DNA of 32,873 nt. Source: an uncultured Desulfobulbia bacterium (lineage in GTDB: Bacteria; Desulfobacterota; Desulfobulbia; Desulfobulbales; SURF-16). Under the pieces are notes generated by a model that worked only from the letters and a program-made list of their open reading frames with translations, was not told where the DNA came from and did no database searches. How positions within the stretch are numbered: the stretch's first letter is position 1; each line of letters begins with the position of its first letter. Positions 21,667-28,118 of this stretch are shown one piece after another. Made by a program: the position numbers and the translations under genes. The stretch covers positions 1 to 32,873 of the forward strand of contig CAZUZJ010000002.1 in the NCBI GenBank assembly GCA_964624225.1, in the 5' to 3' direction.

Positions 21667-21690
21667 CTCTTTCGTTTCATACATCATGAG

Positions 21691-21728
21691 AAAAACCCGG
21701 CCGACTGTCATGTCTGCCGGGTTTTTTT
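21691..21728 (+). terminator. Rho-independent terminator of the alpha operon; A-run/T-run flanks make it potentially bidirectional
   Basis: AAAAA-CCCGGCCGAC-TGTCAT-GTCTGCCGGG-TTTTTTT: a 10-bp stem with one mismatch, starting 25 nt after the rplQ stop. The convergent 174-aa gene ends at 21788. Confidence 0.85.
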
Positions 21729-21787
21729 GTGGGTGCGCGGAAGGGTCCGGAATTTTTTGCACTTTTGGCTTGACGGTATCGTTGCCG

Positions 21788-22312
21788 TCAATAGACGGTC
21801 AGGGTGTAGAGCCGATGATGATGGTATTCCGGCCATTCTGCTTTTTTTTCTTGTGATCCCTCCACATAGATGGCTTGGGCGGCAATAAGCTCTTGCGGAT
21901 AGCTGCCGCCCAGCAGTGCCTGTTTTTCCTCACTGCTCTGCGGGACTCGGACAATCAGGCAATCTCCTTTGTCGTTGAAGAGACTCTGCACCGCCGATGT
22001 CATCAGGTCAATCGTTTGCCATCGGGTAGCGGTGGTGAGCCCTCCTTTGCTTTCTTCCTCACTGATAAAGAGATACCATTTCTCTTTGATTTTACGGATA
22101 GAGAATTTTTTCATGAATTCCAGTGCTTTGTCCTGGTTTATGATCAGAGGGGTACATGCGGACGCCGTCCCTGGCATGGTTCTTTCGGGAATAATGTCAT
22201 CATGACAGCTGGCAATGCCGGAGCCGCTTGGAAAAGCGGCAACGGATGCTGGCAGCGCAGCAGAATACAGGGTCAGGATGACGGCGGCCAAAAGAGGGGA
22301 AAAACGTGTCAT
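21788..22312 (-). CDS. Hypothetical secreted protein (174 aa), no recognisable family
   Basis: Signal-peptide-like N-terminus MTRFSPLLAAVILTLYSAALPASVAA. TAAGGA lies 7 nt upstream of the ATG. No CXXCH motif. I recognise no motif. Confidence 0.6.
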   Translation of the reverse strand: MTRFSPLLAAVILTLYSAALPASVAAFPSGSGIASCHDDIIPERTMPGTASACTPLIINQDKALEFMKKFSIRKIKEKWYLFISEEESKGGLTTATRWQTIDLMTSAVQSLFNDKGDCLIVRVPQSSEEKQALLGGSYPQELIAAQAIYVEGSQEKKAEWPEYHHHRLYTLTVY

Positions 22313-22442
22313 TGGTGAATCCTTACCTTTAGCGGAAAATGAGGTGACTGGCCAGCAGTGGTGGATGCTGCCATGTTTTTTATGTGCTACACGAAGGATA
22401 CGAGAAAGTCAAACGCGATGAGCTGACCACGGCATGATCCAA

Positions 22443-22477
22443 TAAAAAAAGGAGCAGGCGGATAATCCGCCTGCTCC
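22443..22477 (-). terminator. Strong rho-independent terminator downstream of the large cytochrome gene
   Basis: Perfect 12-bp stem GGAGCAGGCGGA / TCCGCCTGCTCC (22451-22462 / 22466-22477) with a 3-nt loop. On the minus strand it is followed by a T8 run (the plus-strand A-run at 22443-22450). Confidence 0.88.
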
Positions 22478-22508
22478 AGGTTGCTACCGGGAAATATCCC
22501 GGAATGAT

Positions 22509-25500
22509 TTACGGAAGAACGACCTGCAGATCGCCGTCATCAGCGACGGTGTATGTGGTCTGACTGTAGTCGGCGGCCATAACTTTGACTGAGATGTCGT
22601 AGGTCTTGCCGCCGAGGGTGTAGGTGTGGGGCACACCTGCCGCCAGCTGCGCCGGGGTTACCTGGCTGGATTTCCGATCGCCCCAGTAGATATAGGCGCG
22701 GATGATGCCAGCGTCGAGAGCCGAGCCGGTCAGGGTTACTGTCTTTCCTGCCACCGCACTTGTAAAACCGGCATCGAGTACTTCCGGTTCGACGATTTGG
22801 GCCGTTGCAGTGACCTCCGCCTCGTAACATTCATCGGTGACTGAGTCACAGGCGATGACGCTTGCGGTGTAGTCAGCTGCCGCCGGGTAGGTAACCGTGG
22901 CGATGGCACCGTTGACGACCACTGCAGCACCTGCATCACCGGCATCAAAGGTAAATTCGCAGCCGTTGGGACAGGTCGTTCTGCTGGCATTCAACTCAAC
23001 CTCGAGATTGGTCGTCATGCTTGACAGGGCGCTCAGGAATGGCGTGAACGACGGTCTGATCCAGGGGTTCTCGGTTGAGAAGCCCCAGCTGGCATGGCAG
23101 GAGTTCGAGGCACAGCTACCCGCTGCCCCCATCGGGCCCGGGGTATAGGTGAAGGTAGAGACAACGCCGTTTTTGTCGAGCGGTTGACCCGCGTCGGAGA
23201 CGGTCGTGAAGTCGATGTTGCCGGCGCCGGTGGCGCTGTAATGGCAATTGCTGCACTTGCCGTAACCGGCTGCGACATGGCGGTTATGGACGGAGTTGAC
23301 CCTGGTGTTGAGGTAATCAACAAACTCGGCGCGGGTGCTGACAACGCCGGCCTGGGTGGTCTGGATCGGGACCCGCAGGGTGTTCTCCCACAGGGCCTCG
23401 GAGATATCCATATCACGCAGGGTGGTGCCAGCAGACACATTGAGGGCAATGGACCGGGCGTTCCCCTGGGAGGCTTTGGCAAACAGGGTCGGATGGAAAT
23501 CCGATGCTACCCCCCCGGCTTCGGTGGTGTTGACCTTGGTGAATGGGGTGCGGTCTGCACTTGCGTAGGAGATAGTCAGATCACGCGGCTTGACGGCATA
23601 GGAGCCGTTGTAAAAGCCTTTGTCCGCACCGTGACAATCGGTGCATCCACCTTTACCCCAGGCCTCTGCCGCAGGCGAGACGTTGTGGTTGACCTTGAAC
23701 ATGACACCCATGAAGGAGAGCTGCAGATTGGCCCCGGTTACATCAATGCCCACGGTGGGCAGGTAACTCAACAGGGCGGCACGCTGGTCGGCAACCTCGG
23801 TCGCATCAATCACACCGTCCTGGGTCATGGCGGAAATGCCAGCCGCGGCCATGGCGTCACGGACATGGGTCGGATTGACCTGATCCATGCCACCCATCTG
23901 GCCGTCGGCGTTGATGTCCACGGCAGTATCATTCTTATCGCGCCAGAACATGGAAATAAGAGAGTTGGTCTTGATCAGCTTGCCACCCTGCCAGGCCAGG
24001 GCCAGGTTGTTTTCCATGGAGCGTTCGACATAGAGATTCTCGTGGTCGGTGACCCGGCCTTCGGCATCAGGTCCGGAGAGATCAACCATGGCGCCGCCGG
24101 TGCCCCATTCGTAGAGTGAGCCGTGGGTGTCGCCACCCTCGGCCGCGGTCGGTCCATGGCCGAGTTTGCGAACATGGCAGGTGGAGCACTCCAGGATGTC
24201 GAGATGGCTGGCATTGCGGGTGCCGTCAACGCCGGTTTGCAGGATCAGGGAGGTCAAACCCAGTGCAGCATGTTTCGGGGTCGGGTCAATTGCACCGTAA
24301 TTTTCACCGTTGGGGGTGGCAGAGTGACAATCCTGGCAGTTCTTCATGGAGTTGTCATTCTTGTTCCACAGCGAGCTGTAGGGGGCATTGCCCTTGGCCG
24401 GATCATGACCGGTAAAGGTCGAGCTTGATTTGCCGTCGAGGAATTTCAGGTCGTCATACTGGCGCCAGGCGCCGCCACCGTAAACCGAGTCATCTTTTTT
24501 CGCATGACAGCTGACGCATTCGAGGGCGCCATGGACATCGGCCTCATAGGGGACGCCCCAGGAGTCGCCGCGCTTTTTCCAGTCAACGGCATGCATGTCG
24601 GCATGGCAGTTGGCGCAGTTTTCACTGGGGATGCCGTGCAGGTGAGAACCGGCCACACCGAGGGTCAGGTTGCCGCTGGAGATGCCGACCATGGCCGGGT
24701 CATAGGCAACGGTGGTGCCGCTGATGGGGGTGCCGATCTCAGCGCCGACCACGCGGGAGGCATCGAATTTGCCCTTGCGGATCGCCTCATTGCGTTCTTT
24801 ATAGGCATAGCCTTCCATGTGGCACATGAGACAGTCCATCTCAAGGACACCGGTTTGTGAATAATCCTGAGCAATGGCTTCGCCGAGAATGCCGTCGTTG
24901 TCCTCGTCATACTGATCGATGAAGAAGTTGAAGGAGTTGATGGTGTTGGGGAGGCTGGCTGTGCGCAACTCCTGGCGCGGATCGTTCGGCGTGCAGGTGA
25001 AATAATGGGTCTCGGTGTTGTACTGATAGGTGCCGCAGTATCCTTCGACATCCGTGGATGTACAGGGCTGACCGGCCATTCCGCTGTTGTTGGTGTAGGT
25101 CACACCACGGTAGACCTGTTCGCTTTGGCAGGTTCCGTTTGACAGCGACGTGCCCGGGGCAACGGGCAGATATTGCATGGCGCCGCCGCCGACATGGCAT
25201 TCGGCGCAGTCGCGCATCTGACCGGCGGCGGTCATGTCGGCTTTTTTCACGAAGGCGTCGAGATCGGCCGGCACGGCAGGATCGCCAAAACTGAAGAGGG
25301 TGTTGAAGTCGACCGCGGCCTTGAGGCGCGGTTTGATCGGGTTGGTCGCCTTGACATAGGTGGAAACACCACCTGCATCAAGCCTGCTGCCGTATTCATC
25401 CACCAGGGTGTCAACGCCGGCGGTATAGATGCTGTCGCCGTCATTATCTTCAAAATAGCCCATGGTGGTTGCGCTGTCCGCATTAAAGTTGACCTGGGCG

Positions 25501-25523
25501 CTGTTGGCAAAGAACCTCGACAA
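22509..25523 (-). CDS. Large multiheme c-type cytochrome, C-terminal 1004-codon segment (8 CXXCH + 1 CX4CH, two C-terminal PKD/Ig-like domains); probably not an independent gene
   Basis: Heme motifs CAECH, CLMCH, CANCH, CVSCH, CQDCH, CSTCH, CTDCH, CSNCH plus CASNSCH. C-terminal IYWGDRK...VPHTYTLGGKTYDISVKVMAAD is PKD-like. The ORF-track start is a TTG with no SD and no signal peptide. It is in the same frame as ORF 25542..25925. Confidence 0.85.
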   Translation of the reverse strand: MSRFFANSAQVNFNADSATTMGYFEDNDGDSIYTAGVDTLVDEYGSRLDAGGVSTYVKATNPIKPRLKAAVDFNTLFSFGDPAVPADLDAFVKKADMTAAGQMRDCAECHVGGGAMQYLPVAPGTSLSNGTCQSEQVYRGVTYTNNSGMAGQPCTSTDVEGYCGTYQYNTETHYFTCTPNDPRQELRTASLPNTINSFNFFIDQYDEDNDGILGEAIAQDYSQTGVLEMDCLMCHMEGYAYKERNEAIRKGKFDASRVVGAEIGTPISGTTVAYDPAMVGISSGNLTLGVAGSHLHGIPSENCANCHADMHAVDWKKRGDSWGVPYEADVHGALECVSCHAKKDDSVYGGGAWRQYDDLKFLDGKSSSTFTGHDPAKGNAPYSSLWNKNDNSMKNCQDCHSATPNGENYGAIDPTPKHAALGLTSLILQTGVDGTRNASHLDILECSTCHVRKLGHGPTAAEGGDTHGSLYEWGTGGAMVDLSGPDAEGRVTDHENLYVERSMENNLALAWQGGKLIKTNSLISMFWRDKNDTAVDINADGQMGGMDQVNPTHVRDAMAAAGISAMTQDGVIDATEVADQRAALLSYLPTVGIDVTGANLQLSFMGVMFKVNHNVSPAAEAWGKGGCTDCHGADKGFYNGSYAVKPRDLTISYASADRTPFTKVNTTEAGGVASDFHPTLFAKASQGNARSIALNVSAGTTLRDMDISEALWENTLRVPIQTTQAGVVSTRAEFVDYLNTRVNSVHNRHVAAGYGKCSNCHYSATGAGNIDFTTVSDAGQPLDKNGVVSTFTYTPGPMGAAGSCASNSCHASWGFSTENPWIRPSFTPFLSALSSMTTNLEVELNASRTTCPNGCEFTFDAGDAGAAVVVNGAIATVTYPAAADYTASVIACDSVTDECYEAEVTATAQIVEPEVLDAGFTSAVAGKTVTLTGSALDAGIIRAYIYWGDRKSSQVTPAQLAAGVPHTYTLGGKTYDISVKVMAADYSQTTYTVADDGDLQVVLP

Positions 25524-25553
25524 CTGTCGAGCAGAGGGGGGTCACCACTTGCC
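25506..25553 (-). other. In-frame TGA (25542-25544) plus downstream hairpin: candidate selenocysteine (SECIS-like) or readthrough site, or a nonsense lesion
   Basis: The mRNA reads GGCAAG-UGG-UGA-CCCCCCUCUG-CUCGAC-AGUU-GUCGAG-GUUC-UUUGCC. A perfect 6-bp hairpin (25516-25531) starts 10 nt after the UGA. The outer GGCAAG/UUUGCC pairing encloses both. Confidence 0.35.
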
Positions 25554-25925
25554 GACGTGGCCGGGGGACTGAACCCACGGTTTACCCTTGGTGGCGATGG
25601 AGTTCCAGTTGCCCATGGTCCAGGCGTTCCAGCCTGAGATCTCGTTGGCACCGAGTTGGGCATGGTAGGAATGGCGCTCAATTGCCTGGTAATCATGACA
25701 ACCGACCGCACCACAGGTCTTCTGGGCACTGAAGGCCGGGGCGGCGGCAGGAGGCGCATCCGCGACACCATCGCCATTGGTGTCGATCGCCGCAATAGCG
25801 TTACCTGAAGCATCGCGCAGGGTGACATTGTTGTGAGAAAAGGACTGCGCCTGGGAGGCGGCAAGCAGCAGGGCTGCAGCAGTCAGCGATGTGACCAGCA
25901 CTCCTCGTTGATACCTTTTTTTCAT
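25542..25925 (-). CDS. N-terminal segment of the large multiheme cytochrome (signal peptide + CX4CH motif), ending at the in-frame TGA
   Basis: 127 codons. AAGGAG lies 7 nt upstream of the ATG. Signal peptide MKKRYQRGVLVTSLTAAALLLAASQA, DTNGDGVAD Ca-loop-like motif, and CGAVGCH. Confidence 0.8.
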   Translation of the reverse strand: MKKRYQRGVLVTSLTAAALLLAASQAQSFSHNNVTLRDASGNAIAAIDTNGDGVADAPPAAAPAFSAQKTCGAVGCHDYQAIERHSYHAQLGANEISGWNAWTMGNWNSIATKGKPWVQSPGHVGKW

Positions 25926-26082
25926 TTTTCACTCCTTTCGTTACGTCGAGTTAACATCTTCACTGTTTTTTGCCGGCTCGCCTCAGCGGTTTGGGGGAAC
26001 CGTCTCTCTCTATCAGGGAATCCGGCAAAGTCACTACCTGTAACACGCGCACACAGTTGGGGAACTGTGCCCAAGTCATTTA

Positions 26083-26097
26083 GCATTGATCGTGCCT
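26083..26097 (-). promoter_or_regulatory. Candidate sigma54 (-24/-12) promoter for the large cytochrome gene
   Basis: The minus strand reads AGGCACGATCAATGC, against the consensus TGGCACG-N4-TTGC. GG and GC have the correct spacing. It lies about 160 nt upstream of ATG 25925. Confidence 0.3.
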
Positions 26098-26253
26098 TGT
26101 TGTTCCTTGGGTCGCGTTATTTTTTAGATACGAGTTCCTTTCCGGCGCTAACTGGCTTTATTTAAAGATGTTTTTTTTCTGGCAGGATCGGCAAAGAGCT
26201 CGCCATTCATAAAAAGCAGGGAGAAAGGAGACATTTGTTGATCCTGGAGGTAT

Positions 26254-26310
26254 GGGTGAAAAGGCTCAACTGTTGGGGTGAATTGCCCAGCGCTGGGTGA
26301 AAGGGGTGAA
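26254..26310. repeat. Four direct copies of GGGTGAA in a purine-rich tract
   Basis: Copies at 26254-26260, 26276-26282, 26295-26301 and 26304-26310, between the HAO-like gene terminator and the large cytochrome promoter region. Confidence 0.5.
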
Positions 26311-26342
26311 GTGAGGAAAAAAAGAGGGGAAAGAAGAACACG

Positions 26343-26376
26343 GCAGGGGGGTGAGAAGTATTCTCGCTCCCCCTGC
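26343..26376 (-). terminator. Candidate terminator hairpin after the HAO-like gene
   Basis: GCAGGGGG (26343-26350) pairs with CCCCCTGC (26369-26376), with an inner GAGAA/TTCTC stem. It starts 19 nt past the stop. The T-rich stretch on the minus strand begins only about 20 nt further on, so this is non-canonical. Confidence 0.35.
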
Positions 26377-26394
26377 AACGGTCACACGGCGGGT

Positions 26395-27546
26395 TTATCG
26401 CTGGCTGCGGCCGTGGCGGCCCATGTAGAGATTCATGCGGTAACGTTTTGTCTCGGCAAGGAATCGACTGTAATCATTGAGGAGTTCCCGGCGTTTATCC
26501 TCCTTTTTGGTATCCGCTATTTTTTCCAGGAAGTCGGCCACGGTCGGTTCCACCACCTCCTGCTGGTAGCGGGCCAATTCGGCGTCGGCTGCGGTGAAAA
26601 AACCGTCGATCAGGGCCGGGGCATGGCACTGGTTGCACGCAGCCTTCATGTTGGTGCGGAGGTTGTCGGCCCTGCTCGCCTGGGGCGCCATCGGTGAGGT
26701 GAGATCCCTGGGCAGATTCCAGGCCGGGTTGTGGCGGGTCTGCTGGCCCTGGCCGGAACCGCTCAGGTGGCAGAAGGCGCAGGTGGGAAAGCCCATCTCT
26801 TTGCCGGTGAGGAAAAAGCCGAGCCGGTCAAGCTGGTCTTTGGCGGCCAGGGTTTCATACCCCACTCCGTGCAGCGATGAACGGTAGATCTCTCCTTCCG
26901 GATAGTTGGCGCCGTCGTGACAGCGCAGACAGGTTTCCGGCTGGCGGGCGCCGGCCGCGGAAAAGCCATGGCCAAGGTGGCAGGCCCGACAGGTGCCGTT
27001 GACGCCGTCCGGGTTGTCGCGGCCAACGCCGCTGTTGGGCCAGGTGGCCGGGTCAGGTCGGTTCTGCTCATCAAAGGTAACCTTCACCCCGTGGCAGCCG
27101 CCGCACTGGCGGAAATTGTCATCCTTATACAAGGAAACAACCGGATAACGAGGGTTGTTTTCCTTCATCTCCTCCAGGAGTTCAAGGGAAAGGGCGTGGC
27201 CGCTGGAGATGAAGTCGAGATACTGCCCTTTATGACACTTGGCGCAAACCGCCGGACTGACCACCGCGGAGATGTAGAACTTTTCACCGTGGAGCACGGT
27301 CCCCGTTTTTCCTTTGGCCGCTTCGTGGCATTCGTTGCAGCCCACTCCGACCCGGGCATGGCTGCTGTTAAGCCACTGCTCGAAAATGGCCGGGGTGTCG
27401 TCCTGATGACACTCGATGCAGTGGGCGCTCTTGTTGAGGAGTTTGGCCGGGTCCTTGTGTTTGATGGCGGATTCGGCCTGGGGTGAAAATGCGGCAACCC
27501 CGAAAAAGAGTGCGGCAAGGGCAACGGTGCGTGTTGCATGGGTCAT
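26395..27546 (-). CDS. Octaheme c-type cytochrome, hydroxylamine oxidoreductase (HAO)-like family
   Basis: 383 aa with a signal peptide. Exactly 8 CXXCH motifs (CIECH, CNECH, CAKCH, CGGCH, CRACH, CLRCH, CAFCH, CNQCH) and no other Cys. The block TCRACHLGHGFS..ARQPETCLRCHDGANYPEGEIYRSSLHG resembles the conserved HAO-family core. GAGGAG RBS. Confidence 0.75.
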   Translation of the reverse strand: MTHATRTVALAALFFGVAAFSPQAESAIKHKDPAKLLNKSAHCIECHQDDTPAIFEQWLNSSHARVGVGCNECHEAAKGKTGTVLHGEKFYISAVVSPAVCAKCHKGQYLDFISSGHALSLELLEEMKENNPRYPVVSLYKDDNFRQCGGCHGVKVTFDEQNRPDPATWPNSGVGRDNPDGVNGTCRACHLGHGFSAAGARQPETCLRCHDGANYPEGEIYRSSLHGVGYETLAAKDQLDRLGFFLTGKEMGFPTCAFCHLSGSGQGQQTRHNPAWNLPRDLTSPMAPQASRADNLRTNMKAACNQCHAPALIDGFFTAADAELARYQQEVVEPTVADFLEKIADTKKEDKRRELLNDYSRFLAETKRYRMNLYMGRHGRSQR

Positions 27547-27771
27547 GGGTGGTTTCTCCTCTTTTCCGTAAAATGGTTCGGTTGATGACGGTTGACTGAT
27601 CCGGCACTGCCTGGCAGGTAGGCAATCAGCGGTGCTTATTATGCAACAAGCGGACCCCTTTCTATGCCTGTCCGGATTTTTTGGTAAAGGGCCTCTTCTG
27701 AGCGACAGAAAAACGGTCAGATGATGGGTAGTTTAACCCATAGGATTACAGTATGTCGGGTTGGGGTGGAA

Positions 27772-27789
27772 AGTGAAGAAATATTCACT
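27772..27789. promoter_or_regulatory. Perfect palindrome AGTGAA-N6-TTCACT in the divergent intergenic region
   Basis: AGTGAA (27772-27777) and TTCACT (27784-27789), about 225 nt upstream of the HAO-like gene and 330 nt upstream of the PPIase gene. Function unknown. Confidence 0.3.
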
Positions 27790-28118
27790 GATGGGGGATC
27801 CCACCCACTTGGGGAGAGGGTGGCGGCGGGGGTGGGCGAATTGCCCCTGTTCCGATTCGATGGTCCTGCCTGCCAAGGGGCACTGTTGCCCGATTGTTTG
27901 CGTGTGATGCTGCTGGCGTGCTATTTGCTTGATTAAACCACCATTGTCTGTCCGCCCTCCAGAAGCCCTGCATGGCAAACGTTTCTTTTTGCGATACCGA
28001 CAAAAAACTGGGTGCAAAGAATGGTAACTGAGGCTAGGGTGGAGGCGGGCAAATGAAACGGGGTGTCGCCTGACGGCAGGCATCTCAGAAGCAGGATACG
28101 TAACGATAAGGACATTCT

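Noticed and set aside
23094-24119. 341-aa plus-strand ORF (and several 70-150-aa ORFs on both strands) inside the giant cytochrome gene
   Set aside because: These are Gly/Arg/Val-rich shadows of a ~63% GC gene. The heme-motif frame is the only one with coherent protein features.
25542-25544. Possibility that UGA is a sense codon genome-wide (code 4/25)
   Set aside because: TGA terminates several highly conserved genes at their expected ends in this window (rplD, rplP, rpsQ, rplN, map, infA), so the standard code applies.
25247-25864. 205-aa same-strand, off-frame ORF spanning the UGA junction
   Set aside because: The Pro/Arg/Ser-rich translation is typical of an alternative frame in a GC-rich gene. 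The two cytochrome ORFs are already in the same frame, so no frameshift is needed to join them.
26148-26378. 76-aa minus-strand ORF in the intergenic region between the two cytochrome genes
   Set aside because: It starts inside the terminator hairpin, has no RBS, and gives a Pro/Ser/Leu low-complexity translation.
27721-28083. 71-aa (+) and 116-aa (-) ORFs in the HAO-like/PPIase divergent region
   Set aside because: They overlap each other, have no Shine-Dalgarno, and give arbitrary-looking translations. The region is better explained as regulatory DNA.
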